The notes beneath the pieces are model-generated. The model saw only the letters and a list, made by a program, of their open reading frames with translations. It was not told the origin of the DNA and made no database searches. A stretch of DNA of 64,000 nt, taken from positions 197,904,001-197,968,000 of the forward strand of contig OX597815.1 of the NCBI GenBank assembly GCA_951406725.2. The letters run 5' to 3'. The DNA comes from Octopus vulgaris (taxonomy: Eukaryota). The position numbers were made by a program, and so were the translations under genes. Positions 14,340 to 28,851 of this stretch are shown one piece after another (the first letter of the stretch is position 1; every line of letters starts with the position of its first letter).

Positions 14340-17300
14340 ATGGTGGAGAGAGACATACAGAAGCAAAGAATATGTGGTCTTTACAGTGAACGAGACATGT
14401 TTGTTTTTGTATTCCTTAATGCTTATATGTAAACGGAGTCTCAGATAATCGAGTCTAATTGTTTTTCTCTTTTCAAACATGTGTTGCTATGTGCAAACTA
14501 TTTATCATCAATTATATTTCGACATTTTTCTTTTTCATATCTAATATCGTTTTTTTATACTTAAAGAAATTCATGGAATTAGCAGGACGACTAGTATTTT
14601 ATGACAGCAAAAAATATTTTTGAGTGTCACATGTTTATGAAAAATAACATTCTTTGGATTTCAAAAGAAAATAAAATTGTTCAATTGCGGAATGAAATGC
14701 TTATGTTGTGTAAAGCTCGTATGGATGTTGCATACTTAAACAAGCATTTTCTGAATTTCATTGAATTATTTATGCTGTGGGAACAAAGCAGTTCTTTTAA
14801 AATTAATTATTTATGGAGACCTTTTAAGAAAAATAAAGGCTTGTGTTATGCCAGCTGCCAACATGCAAAACATTTCGGCCTGCTTCTTGGTATTACGTAA
14901 AGCATAAGAATTTCTTATTGTTGTTATGCATGTTAATATCTCAATGTCAATATGCTCTCTCACGCGTTTGTTATCTGTCGATTCTTATGTGAGAATACAA
15001 TTTGTTAAAGAAAACATGAATCGTGTTAAACTTTTCTTATGAGACTATAGCTCGAAAATGCTGAGGTGAATGACTTAGTGCAACAGCTGGTTGAAAATTG
15101 AGAAATATCTGTTTGTGTAGCCAAATGATATAGTAGTAGAGTGTTGGAGCCAATAAAAGTGGACATTGCAAGCAACAAAGCCTATTAGCTTAGAGAAGTT
15201 TGCTTTAATGGATTCGCACTATACACGTTGTTATATTCTAAAAGAAGTGAACGAGGTTAATTGGTTTCTGCAATCGATGAATGTAAGAAGAAAGAATTTT
15301 ATCAGACATTTGCAAACAAATACAGAAGAAGACTACAAAACACAATCTTAAATACAATTCGTGTATGAGTTTAGATGTTGTTATTATTATGTGGTCACGA
15401 TCATTCCTGATTAATCAAACGTTTGGCACGTACGCTTTCACATGATCCAGTGTATCGCATGTACCACATATCTGCCTTTTTTGATGCTCACACAAAAGAG
15501 AAAGTAAACAACGTTAGTTCTTATAAGAAGCGGTGTGGCAATGTGGGTGTAGGGTGTGTCTCCACTATTGTAGCCACTATTCGTTTGTTACATATGGTAG
15601 GCCATAGATTTGACTCTGCCGCATAGTGACAGGTGTTGCTACACAGGACGGACATCAGATGCAATACATTTTGGTACAAATGTATATTTTAATGAGGTTC
15701 TTATATTGTTATCTAAACAGCAAATTACGAATAACGAAGTTTGATTACTAAAAATGTTCCTTATGTGACTACCACTTCTTGTATTGAACGAAGAAATGAA
15801 AACTGTCTTCTGCTTTGACCAACACTTCAAAGGTTTAAGTGTAGACATGTACTTGGCTGCTATTTTTAGTAGACCCAATTTAGCGACGTTGTTGCTGATA
15901 GAATTAAAAGTGCAGTGCATTTTATTTCCCTTACATCCATTTCAAATGTCAGAAGTCATTGATTTCTCTGATTGGCTTATGAGCCGTAGGGCACACATAA
16001 TTGCCAAATGATGAAACAATCAAAAATTATATCTGATAAATGAAAACAAAATTTATTTTCTTTACTTTTAATTATCGGTATACTTTTCATTTTACTCTCG
16101 ATTTTCATTCCTGTAAATGACAAATTTGTTAATAATTTGAGTGCCGAAAGTACTCTCTTTATTTAAATGGAACTTTCATAAAGTTGTACTTCAGAAGCTG
16201 TTTTTAAATGTAGTCAACTTCAGTTAGTAAATACAGATGAGATAAATGTTTGGAAATTACGTTGAGCACTACAGTTGAGGATTTAAACCAAAATATGTAA
16301 ACTAATTTCAATGAATGCTATCAAAGAGGATGTATCTTTTATGGCAATGTCTAAGTTGTTTCTGACCTTATAGTATGTCCGGAAACAATTTCTCTTCTCT
16401 AATAAAACAAATAATGAATGTTTCCCATAAATGGGTTGTTATCAGCAAACTCTTGTGGCGTGTAGTGACGCATGTCATTGTAAGAATTAACTCGCGCTCC
16501 AAATCTCTTTCCAGCTTGCTGTGTTATATGGTACATAAGCAGTTGATGGCATGGAATGAAACAGCGTGAAATGTTTCTGGGTAAAGTCATTGATCAATAT
16601 CTGAACATTAGCGTTTAGTCAGTAGTTATGAAATAATGACCTGCAGAGACATCTTCGTTCACTTTAATTGTTCACCACTTACGCAAACATAGCAACATAA
16701 AAAGTTAATATTTTTCCATTCGTAACAGATAGAGCAAGTGAATCGTCCAAGTCAGTTATACTAAATATTTCAAAGTTTTTTCTGAACTAAGAAGTGCACG
16801 ATATCATTAACCCGTCTCCAACAAGATCCGTGACATAACATGTAGGACTACACGAACGACTGCTTCCTTAGTTTATCTACCATAGTGAGGCAAATACCAT
16901 CGTTCTTATAAAATCAGATCTACATATATATGTGGCCTAATCGGGTCCCTCATAAGATCGAGTTTTGGCCACAGTACAGATCCACCACACCAACAATATT
17001 TTTATGCAACGAAAGTTCCTAACACATGGCACGAATATGTTTAGATATCTTTGCAGTATACGAGGTAAATTGCGAAAAATATAGGTAACACTCTATTGGC
17101 AATAAAATGCAGAGTCTCCATACCTGCATTAAGGAAGAGCTACAACTATATACTTCATTAGTTGAGAAACACTAAAGTTTCTTTTTCGACATGGAAAAAC
17201 GTGTCTTAGTTTTTGACCGGAATATTGGTAATCTGCATTGCTAGTAGGCTATTCTGAATAGCCATCTTAAAACCAAAATCTGCAATAGAACCAAACTGAG

Positions 17301-17950
17301 TGATATGAACTACATTATCTAACTTCATTGCTTTATTTACATTACATCTGTTTAAATTTTATCAAACTTCTACTTTCCTTTCACGTTTCGCAAAATATTT
17401 TACCACACCAAAATGTTTGGCATTACCTATCATATATGGACTACGTTTTTCTCAAATTTCATATCTACTGACAAACAGTATCTTAAAATCAGGATTTACA
17501 TGTTTTAAAACCCGCATTATCTGATGCAGTTTCCACGCCACATTAACTGCTACTGCTGAGGCTACCCAACTAAAAACTCCACAACTTTTAATGGAGTCTA
17601 CGTACAACTAAAGCCAAGTGATATCCTTCGAACACATTAAAAAATGTCGTTTCTCCAAACCCTGATTTTTTTCCTTTCTTCTCTTTATAAATCCAAGTGT
17701 ACTCGAAATTTTATAGTATCATCAAATCATCAATATAAGGCAAAATAATATCTCTTTTGTTTACATACATTCACATTCGTTGCCGTAGATTATTTGTTTA
17801 AGTTTTCACCTGCAATGATCTTTGTTTATGCAATGTTTATCACTTTGGAATAGAGTGAAAATCTTCAACCGTATTAAAATACTAACAACAAGAATATTAT
17901 CCTTCCTGATACCACCGCAGAGAAATTTGGAATTGCGGAATTTGCATAAG

Positions 17951-18007
<57 letters not shown>

Positions 18008-19068
18008 TAGGGATATGTTATGAATAATCCATTATATACATGCACTTTCGGATCAGGTAAAATATGAAAGTTTTATCTTTGTCGCAACTCTACGTAACTA
18101 AGAAAACTTTGCTTTCCTTACGCAGTATGAAATAGAAACTAAAGAAACTTCAGATATACATCACTTATGTTGCGTACTTTTACAGAAATGGTATTCCGGC
18201 CATAACACTATTCAATGGTCATGTTGCTGTCAGGGTGAGAGTTCAGCAGAATCACAGAAGCGCAGAATAAAATGCATTTTATTTGCTCTCCTGGATGTAA
18301 GCGTTTGATTTCGAATCTCACAAGGATGGAATTAGCAAGTGAACGGTATAGGAACGATCAAATAAAGTATCGCTCAAGTAATTGGTCAATTAGACTAATT
18401 AAGACTTATCAAAATAATTGCTTTTCGTCTGAATTACATACAATTACATTTCTTGTTATCGTTTAATCCCAAAACAGCATTAAGCAGATATGCTTGTGAT
18501 AAAATGATTAGCAGAAGTAACCATCGCATAATATATTCGCACGAAGGACTACATACAACACATCCCTAAGTTAAGGCATTAATGTTTGATTTGATCGATA
18601 TTTGAGTGATATTTCGGCAAATCATCGGCTTGAGGATTTCATGATAAGTAAGGATGTTGCCTGTCGGGAGTTTTACTCGTAGTTATTAAAATTTAACTTC
18701 CGGTAGAATGTCAATGAATATATACGTTTGATAACTTGAATAATCTTATCGCTGACTATGTGAAAATAACACTATCTTAAAATCTTTGAATTACAATTAT
18801 AATTATATTGACAAAGCGAGTTGCTTAATTGCTGGAAGACTAAGGTGATTGATTAAGTGTTAATTAAAGCTATTTCTATGTTCCATTTAGAACTTTCTGT
18901 ATGTGTGTACATCATATTGTACTTCGCATTTATCAGTTTCATTGTCTGTTGAACAATCGTCAGTCACTATCAAACAAACACACATATATATAGATATGGA
19001 TATACAATCACTCTTTCACTCTCTCGCTGTCTTTATACATACATATACATACATACTCACATAGACAT

Positions 19069-19133
<65 letters not shown>

Positions 19134-19150
19134 AACACATACAGACACAA

Positions 19151-19187
<37 letters not shown>

Positions 19188-19193
<6 letters not shown>

Positions 19194-19448
19194 GAAATGA
19201 GGTACTCAGAAATTCGGATGGTTTTATATTTATAGATATTTATTTGTATATCACATGCTTTTATACATCATATATCATATTATAGCGCTTTCGTCCATTA
19301 CTGGAGTTTTCAAATTTGAAAACTCCACTGGAATGTACGAAAGCGCTTTATATGATATATGATATATGATGTATAAAAACATGTAATATACAAATAAATA
19401 TCTATAAATATATAACCATCCGAATTTCTGAGTACCTCGTTTCTTCTA

Positions 19449-19449
<1 letters not shown>
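19188..19449. mobile_element. 262-bp near-perfect palindromic (foldback) element in (TA)n
   Basis: TTAGAAGAAATGAGGTACTCAGAAATTCGGATGGTT ... AACCATCCGAATTTCTGAGTACCTCGTTTCTTCTAA; symmetry centre CAAATTTG at 19311-19318. Confidence 0.9.
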
Positions 19450-19479
<30 letters not shown>

Positions 19480-19769
19480 TATATGAAGTTTAATGTACTA
19501 ACATGTACGTTGCTTAAAGTACTGTGGTTTAGACCACGTCGTATCATCAGATATTCAAAAATAGATTATGATGCCGTTTATCCAATATCGGGAACATGTT
19601 CAATAGAAGGGTTTCTATTTACAGAGAGCGTAATTTAAATAATGGAGATATCGCAGGAGGAATAAAGCCTGATGAATGATCATTTGACGAAATATTCGAA
19701 AAATTGGAATATGTAAAATAGTGAAGTTTGATTTGTAAATTGTTCCCTCAAATTCAATTCTGCAAATTC

Positions 19770-20022
19770 TGTTGTTGTTGTTCTTCTTCGTCTTTTTCTT
19801 CTTCTTCTTCAACCCATTACTTCTCTCCCCCTCCTCCTCCTCCTCCTCCTCCTCTATTTCTACTTCTGCTCTTTTCTTATTCTTACGCATCCCCATTTTT
19901 ATCATCATTCCCATCATCATCGTCTTCTTCTTCTTCTTCTTCTTCTTCTTCTTCTTCTTCTTCTCCTCCTATTCCTTCTTCTTCTTCTTCTCCTCCTTCT
20001 TCCTCTTTCTCTTCTTCTTCTT

Positions 20023-20094
<72 letters not shown>

Positions 20095-20230
20095 GTACTA
20101 CCACCACCCCTAATGCTACTGCTATTAATACTACCACTAACATCACCACCACTACTAACTTCTACTACTACTGCCACATAGAACCACCACCACCACCACC
20201 ACCACCACCACCACCACCACTACTACTACT
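19770..20230. repeat. Compound trinucleotide tract (TTC/CCT/TAC/CAC)
   Basis: Direct reading. Confidence 0.95.
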
Positions 20231-20509
20231 TTTCTCATCTGTACATTTTTCATTCCTTTTACCTCCGTTTCGTTTCCACGGACACCGGCATCATCACTCG
20301 TTATATTTATAGCAGCAACATTATTATTAGACGTAAATGCAGCAATAGTAGACTGCTGCGGCTGCTGCTGCTGCTTCTGCTTCTGCTAGTAATATTAATA
20401 GTTTTTCATAATCATCTCTCCATCTTCACCATCATTGCCGTATTCTCGTCGTTGTCGTCATCGTCGTCATCGTCGTTGTCGTTATCATGAACCACATCAG
20501 CATCATCAT

Positions 20510-20576
20510 TCTCGTTTCGCCGTCATCATCATCGTCGTCGTAGTCATCATCGTAATCGTCCCCCTCCTCCTCCTCC

Positions 20577-20609
<33 letters not shown>

Positions 20610-22080
20610 CAGTCATTACCGTTCCTCTCTTTCTCACTGTATCTCTAATTGTTCAATGTTTCGCCTTCATCATCATCATCATCGTCGCCGTCGTCGTCAT
20701 CGTAATCGTCACCCTCCTCCTCCTCCTCCTCCTCCTCCTCCTCCTCCTCATCATCATCATCATCATCACCGTCATTACCGTTCCTCTCTTTCTCACTGTA
20801 TCTCTAATTGTTCAATGTTTCGCTTCATCATCATCATCATCGTCGTCGTCGTCGTCATCGTAATCGTCATCCACCTCCTCCTCCTCCTCCTCCTCCTCCA
20901 TCATCATCATCATCATCATCACCGTCATTACCGTTCCTCTCTTTCTCACTGTATCTCTAATTGTTCAATGTTTCGCCTTCATCATCATCATCATCGTCGT
21001 CGTCGTCGTCATCGTAATCGTCACCCTCCTCCTCCTCCTCCTCATCATCATCATCATCAGCATCATCACCGTCATTACCGTTCCTCTCTTTCTCACTGTA
21101 TCTCTAATTGTTCAATGTTTCGCTTCATCATCATCATCATCGTCGTCGTCGTCGTCATCGTAATCGTCATCTCCCTCCTCCTCCTCCTCCTCATCATCAT
21201 CATCATCAGCATCAACATCACCGTCATTACCGTTCCTCTCTTTCTCACTGTATCTCTAATTGTTCAATGTTTCGCCTTCATCATCATCATCATCGTCGTC
21301 CTCGTCGTAATCGTCAGCCTCCTCCTCCTCCTCCTCCTCCTCCTCATCATCATCATCATCAACATCAGCATCATCACCGTCATTACCGTTCCTCTCTTTC
21401 TCACTGTATCTCTAATTGTTCAATGTTTCGCCTTCATCATCATCATCATCATCATCGTCGTCGTCGTCGTCATCGTAATCGTCATCCACCTCCTCCTCCT
21501 CCTCCTCCTCCTCCATCATCATCATCATCATCAGCATCGTCACCGTCATTACCGTTCCTCTCTTTCTCACTGTATCTCTAATTGTTCAATGTTTCGCCTT
21601 CATCATCATCATCATCGTCGCCGTCGTCGTCATCGTAATCGTCACCCTCCTCCTCCTCCTCCTCCTCATCATCATCATCATCATCATCATCATCGTCACC
21701 GTCATTACCGTTCCTCTCTTTCTCACTGTATCTCTAATTGTTCAATGTTTCGCCTTCATCATCATCATCATCATCGTCGTCGTCGTCGTCATCGTAATCG
21801 TCATCTCCCTCCTCCTCCTCCTCCTCCTCCTCATCATCATCATCATCATCATCAACATCACCGTCATTACCGTTCCTCTCTTTCTCACTGTATCTCTAAT
21901 TGTTCAATGTTTCGCCTTCATCATCATCATCATCATCGTCGTCGTCGTCGTCATCGTAATCGTCACCCTCCTCCTCCTCATCCTCCTCATCCTCATCATC
22001 ATCATCATCATCGTCACAGTCATTACCGTTCCTCTCTTTCTCACTGTATCTCTAATTGTTCAATGTTTCGCTTCATCACC
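20510..22080. repeat. Composite tandem repeat, 10 units of about 150-165 bp
   Basis: Conserved core GTCATTACCGTTCCTCTCTTTCTCACTGTATCTCTAATTGTTCAATGTTTCGC alternating with (CAT)n(CGT)n-CGTAATCGTCA-(CCT)n(CAT)n. Confidence 0.95.
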
Positions 22081-22758
22081 TGCATGCACACTTTCCATTT
22101 CACTCTCACCATTCCTCACGTACTCTCTACCACAATTTCCAGTTAACTACTGGAGCGTGATATGCGCTTACACTGTATTGACCAACTCTAAAGTAAATTT
22201 TAATGTTCTAAGGTCCAAGATAAGCGGTACCATTACGGCAGTTCTTTTGAAGATAGCAATTCACATATTGATCTTTAACATTAATGATCTAATCGAAATT
22301 TGTAACCATGAAGGTATAAATTTATATGTATTCAGGCTTTTACATATACTTCTTGCTCGCATCATTTCTGTTACTTGCAAGCCGAAGATTTATCAAACAA
22401 ACTCGTATGACTTGTAAAATCTATACATGGGAGAATAACAATATCTCTAAACGAATGCATTTGCTTGTTAACTTATTGATTTAGAAACAAGCTATTTCCT
22501 TTCAAAAAAACATCACTCAGCGAAAGTTCAGATGGCACAGTAGATAAAGTATGTAACAAAAATATTTCACATTTTAAGGCTCGATACAACCAGAGATGTT
22601 TCTTATATTCATTACTTAAACAGCATTTAGAGGCCGAAGTAGACATGCTGGCATTAGGTTCCGTTAAAACAAAACAGAAGCCTGTGTTCTTAGCACATCT
22701 AATCGTGCTCGAAAATTTCAGTGTAACGAGTTACATATGCCCAAAGCATGCTATAACC

Positions 22759-23175
22759 TTTTTCTTTGCTACTCACATGGGGCTAAACATAGAGAGAACA
22801 AACAAGGACAGGCAAACGGATTAAATCGATTACATCAACCCCAGTGCGTAACTGGTACTTAATATATCGACCCCGAAAGGAGGAAAAGCAAAGTTGACCT
22901 CGGCGGAATTTGAACTCAGAACGTAACGGCAGACGAAATACCTATTTCTTTACTACCCACAAGGGGCTAAACACAGAGAGGACAAACAAGGACAGGCAAA
23001 CGGATTAAATCGATTGCATCAACCCCAGTGCGTAACTGGTACTTAATATATCGACCACGAAAGGATGAAAGGCAAAGTCGACCTCGGCTGAATTTGAACT
23101 CAGAAGGTAATGGCAGACGAAATACGACTACGCATTTCGCCCGGCGTGCTAACGTTTCTGCCAGCTCGCCGCCTT
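22759..23175 (-). mobile_element. SINE family A dimer (one head, two bodies)
   Basis: 184-bp internal period; perfect 16-bp TSD AAAGCATGCTATAACC at 22743-22758 / 23176-23191. Confidence 0.92.
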
Positions 23176-24208
23176 AAAGCATGCTATAACCGTCACTAGT
23201 TACATAAGTCTAGTGTGTGCCATCAGTAAATGTTGAGCTATATCATACTGAGAATTGGGATTTAACCGAAATGCACTAAATTTATTTATCAGGTTGCGAG
23301 GATGAACCGCTTACATCGAAATCACCACTTAAATTGTGAATTATTTCATCGACTCCGAAATTATGAAAGCCCAAACATAGAGGGCAGTGTTTGAAATAAA
23401 ATGTACAGGACAGGAAGAAATGAAACTAAATAATTTCAAGATTTATAGAAGATAGAAAAAAAAAACAATATTTGCTGCGAGAATAGATTTCATGAAAATT
23501 ATTTCATTTGTGTAAGAGTAGTGTGTATATTATTTCATTTAAGTAAGATGTATAACGCTGATTTTCTTTTGCGGATTATTTAGCATATACACTCTTACAC
23601 TCCTTTCACCAACTTGTATTTATAAGCATTTCTTCATCATTCTATTTAGTTTCATTAACGCATAATATAAGAATGAAATGCATTGGTATGGTTTCTATTA
23701 CGTTTATTTTCTGCCTTGCAGCTTCCATCTTTCCATGTAATTTGTAAATCTGTTGAAATGTGACGTTTGACAAATCAGATTACATTAATCTGGTAATTTT
23801 ATTCTTTAATATAATTTCTTTAAAAATTTAACTAAAATGAAGAAAACGTTTAATTGAATTACCAAATTAACTAACAGAATTTCCCCAGTATATATCATTA
23901 TGATATTTAAAAATATCGTCTCAGATGTAATTTTCATTTAATTTTCAATTAAGAGAATATATAAGATTTCTGAACCAGAAAATATTAATTTATATAGATT
24001 GAAGCAGTGAATATCTGGCGTATAGCTAAAATGTTTATCATGATATATAATCTATTAGGACCAGACATATTATTCATTCATGATAGCAGGTTTGATACAC
24101 ACACGTGCTTCTGCGCGTGCGCGTAGGCACATATATAATACGCATATAGATATATATGTACTACGTTCTCGCGTTGTTTTTTATGATTGTTCTCCGCTTT
24201 TTGGGATT

Positions 24209-24278
<70 letters not shown>

Positions 24279-24753
24279 AAACAAAAACATCAGCTTAAAC
24301 TTGATATCCTATAATTCAATTGACGTATGCGCTTCAGCTTTTGGGAATATACGATGCCACCTCAGAAATATAATCCATGCATGCGCACCATGAATCCATC
24401 GTGCAGAAAGACCTCTGAGGTCATATATAACTCTGTGGGTTTAGTCGATAGCGGGAGTTTAATGTGATTACGCCAAAGCTGAGAGCAGCCATTTCCCATT
24501 TCAGTTATATATATATAGATATAGTTATATATTATTGTGTCTGAGAATAGTCATTCTAGTTTAGTGCTTTGTTATTTAACCCGCTCACCGATTCGATTTT
24601 TACTCATTTAGATTTTCATTCTTGAAAAATTTTCGTTGCATCTTCCAAACTTTTCAATAGTCATTGACTCTGTCCGTTATCAGAACTACGTTCTTTTTGG
24701 TTGTCCGTTTGTGTGCATGTGCTTGCGTTAGTGTGCATGTGTATACACATATA

Positions 24754-24792
<39 letters not shown>

Positions 24793-24855
24793 TGGCATTA
24801 TATATAGAGAGCGAGAGACATATATAGCTATACATATATGTTATGTTTAAGTATA

Positions 24856-24954
<99 letters not shown>

Positions 24955-25388
24955 GCATGCAGCTATGTATGTATGTATGCAAGTGTGTAGTTAAATAAGA
25001 TCTCAGTCAACATCTCTTAGCACGCTATGCAACGCTTGTCCACAGGTATTGTCTGTAGGATATCATAAAACAATGGAAACGCTCTTGCTACTGGGTATAT
25101 ATCAGGAATCCCATTGTATCCGTAGTGCTTATATAAATAGATAAATAATTGAATATAGATCGAACGATATTCTACATTAACAATCACTATTTTGGGTATT
25201 CATGCTCACACTGAGTGAAATGACAGTATGGTCTTAATGCAGAACATGTTTAAAACAATCACCTGAAGAAACGTATCTTCCATCTTTGATGCATGATAAT
25301 GATTACACAATAAGTTAATTATATAATCACATCAGAGTACTACGAATGTAAAAGATGTGTCGAAACATTCTAATATTTATCTGCCGAA

Positions 25389-25465
<77 letters not shown>

Positions 25466-25476
25466 GTATGTTTGCG

Positions 25477-25508
<32 letters not shown>

Positions 25509-25532
25509 AACACCTGTATGTATGCGTATATG

Positions 25533-25587
<55 letters not shown>

Positions 25588-25732
25588 ATATATACAGGAT
25601 GCGATGTCTGAATTGTCGCATTTCACATTTTCAATTTCGCGCATACAACCACCACTACCATCACCACTGCTACTACCTCGCCACCACCACCACCATACTA
25701 TTACTAACACCAGAACCATCACATCACCAACC

Positions 25733-25807
<75 letters not shown>

Positions 25808-26114
25808 TCATTTCTCATCTATACTTTTTCCGTTTCTAATTCCTCAATTTCGCTTTCACTGACAAATCAAACTGGAGCAAGAAGCTCTCGTCATCTTTGT
25901 GATTTCCGCTAAAACATCACTTTAAATCCCCAGACGCAACAGAATATCACTTTCATATATATAAATATATCACGACTAGACGTTAATATATATATATTTA
26001 GTTTAAAATGTTACATGGAAGCTATCGAGACAATTTTTTTTTATCATAGGGTTGCTAGATTAGAAAACAGAGGACCTTAAACATGATGAATATGAATACA
26101 AATGTATATGAATC

Positions 26115-26312
26115 CATGTGTGTGTGTTTGTGTTTGTGTTTGTTCCCAAACACCACTTGACAAAGGGTGTTGGTGTGTTTGAATACACATTAGGTGACAG
26201 AATATGTACTAGACTTTTAAAAAATTGTGCTGGGGTCAATTCCTTCATATAAAATTCAAGGCAGTGTACCTGCATGGCTCCAGTCTAATGACTGGAAATT
26301 AAAAGATAAGGG
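26115..26312 (+). mobile_element. SINE family B 3' half, diverged
   Basis: CACCACTTGACAA...AGTGTACCTGCATGGCTCCAGTCTAATGACTGGAA. Confidence 0.65.
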
Positions 26313-27195
26313 AAGATACACGATTTCCACATTGGCTTGCGATATTATTTATTTAATTAAAAAATCTTTTGCTGGAATGGCTTCACTATTTAAATTGCAA
26401 AATAAACATTTCCTTGTCTTATCAGCAGTTTGGATGGTTTTGTTCAGTTTTGTCAACGCGAAACAATTTCTGGCCTGTTGGAAGCTATTAATACAGACCT
26501 AACAAATTACGGTATTATTTCTTATATATTTTATGCAGATATGTTTTTCTCTTGATGTAATCGATGAACCAGTAGAATAAACAAGTATATTTAAAAATAG
26601 ATACAGAATGTGTAATCTAAGATCTTGAAATAATTTGGGAGACATATTTATTGAAATTTTTCTTCGAAAATATTTTTTTATTCGTCAATATACTTTGATT
26701 GCTATATTTATAAAATCATTCACACGAAGCTCTATAACGACTGTCATTTCTACTGCACTGACGAGATTATGTTATATTTTTCTCTATTCCTGTCCATTAT
26801 GGCCTTCACATTCTGCAAAATAATTCTTCGTAGTTCTGTTGAATGATATCAATGAGGGATTCGACAAAATAATTTAATCACCATGGCTTAATAAAAATTT
26901 ATGGAGATAGGGATGCTAAAAAGACTGTTTTGAATGTTTTAATTGCGGCATTGTTTTCGTAAAAGTGCTGATTAAAATGCTGTTTTCAATAAAATGTTTA
27001 TTTCTTCAGAATTATATGAGATGGGGAAAGGTGTCATTATTGATTATCCCTCGCAACGCACATTTAGGAAAACTTTAAAATTAATAAAAGTAAAATCAGT
27101 ATAATTCACCGATTTATATTAAAAAATATGCGACAGTCATTGAATATAGAAAACGAAAACCATCAGTTACTCGTCCTTTCGTATTTACGCATTTA

Positions 27196-27259
27196 TGCGT
27201 ATGTATGTATGTATGTATGTATGTATGTATGTATGTATGTATGTATGTATGTATGTATA

Positions 27260-27326
<67 letters not shown>

Positions 27327-27336
27327 ATATATACAT

Positions 27337-27411
<75 letters not shown>

Positions 27412-27491
27412 TTAGAGATAAAACCACTATTACGCAAATAAAACAGTGAAAAACATAAAACAAAACAGAAATAAAATTAATTAATATAATA

Positions 27492-27579
<88 letters not shown>

Positions 27580-27590
27580 GTGTGTGTATG
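27196..27590. repeat. Compound microsatellite (ATGT)(ATCT)(CA)(TA) with a short unique insert
   Basis: Direct reading. Confidence 0.95.
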
Positions 27591-27696
27591 CATAGTCATG
27601 TTAAGTATATATAAATATACATCAATATTCTGTCTGTCTGTCTATATACATAAACAGGTGCGTAAAGATATTTTTGCAAATATAATATTAGAATAA

Positions 27697-27840
27697 TTCT
27701 TTCTGCTATAGGCACAAGATCTGAAATTTTTTGGGTGGGAGGAGGGGTTATTTGATTACATTGACCCCAGTGTTTCTCAGGTACGTAATTTATCGACCCT
27801 GAGAGAATGAAAGGCAAAGTTGACCTCGGAGGAATTTGAC
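27697..27840 (-). mobile_element. SINE family A fragment, alternative tail
   Basis: AATTTATCGACCCTGAGAGAATGAAAGGCAAAGTTGACCTCGG is the reverse complement of the core. Confidence 0.75.
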
Positions 27841-28310
27841 TCGTCAGTTTGTGTGTATCGCTTTTCCTGTAAATATAAGAGCAGCAACAATGATGATAAT
27901 TCTAATTCGGTAATGTCTCCTCGAAACAAGAATTTTGATCAAAAACTAATTATTCGCAAGTTGTACAGAGATGTATTTATCGACCAGTCTGGATATACTG
28001 TTTTAAGTATGAATAGAAACATAACTTCCCATCCACATACGACTTGAAATCCATATAACCACGCGGATATGCGCACACGGGCATACACTCACGTGCGCAC
28101 ACTGTTCTCTGTGAATAAATAATTCTATTTCCTAAGTTCTTGAACATGATATTATGTACGCACGAAAACAGCAAGAGATATTGAAATATGTTACTGAGTT
28201 GATAACAGATGTATGTACAGAAGTCATATTAATTACTATAGATTTAATTAAACATATTTTCAAAAGCAAAAGTTAATTATGTTCTATGCATTAATTTACG
28301 GTATATATTA

Positions 28311-28410
28311 NNNNNNNNNNNNNNNNNNNNNNNNNNNNNNNNNNNNNNNNNNNNNNNNNNNNNNNNNNNNNNNNNNNNNNNNNNNNNNNNNNNNNNNNNN
28401 NNNNNNNNNN
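28311..28410. other. Assembly gap (100 N)
   Basis: Run of N. Confidence 1.
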
Positions 28411-28552
28411 TTGGCCTGACAAATGTCATTTGGGATCACACTTTCTATGATCATTTTGTGGAGGTGTGTGTGTGTGTGTGTGTGTCTCTGTGTGTCCGTG
28501 TGTGTTTGTGTGCGTGTGTGTGTGTGTGTGTCTCTGTGTGTCCGTGTGTGTT

Positions 28553-28585
<33 letters not shown>

Positions 28586-28851
28586 CTCTGTGTGTTTGGA
28601 GAAGGGGAGAGAGACAAAAAGAGAAAAGGGAAAATAAAAAAAAAAAATTTTTTAAATAAAAAAAATAATTAAAAATATAAAAAATAAAAAATAAAAAATA
28701 TAAAAAATAAATAAAAATAAAAATAAAAATAAGGGAGAAAGTGGAGAAGAAAAAAATATTTTTGTGTGTTGATATTTATACCAATACATATATATATACA
28801 CACACACAGACTTATACATAAAATATTTGAAAAAAACCTTTTTATCGGTCA

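Noticed and set aside
20510-22080. CRISPR-like array of repeats with variable spacers
   Set aside because: Spacers are homologous microsatellite blocks, the repeat is about 55 bp, there are no cas genes and the context is eukaryotic.
20656-22146. 496-aa His-rich protein gene
   Set aside because: The frame switches between unrelated compositions from unit to unit, as expected of non-coding low-complexity repeats; no splice or expression evidence.
22743-22758. Similarity of the SINE A TSD (AAAGCATGCTATAACC) to the Tx1 TSD (AAGTAGCTTGCTAACC)
   Set aside because: The elements are in opposite orientations relative to these sequences, and the TSD at 1365 is unrelated; only the shared length is used as evidence.
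28620-28735. A-rich tract after the gap
   Set aside because: Low-complexity contig end, possibly error-prone.
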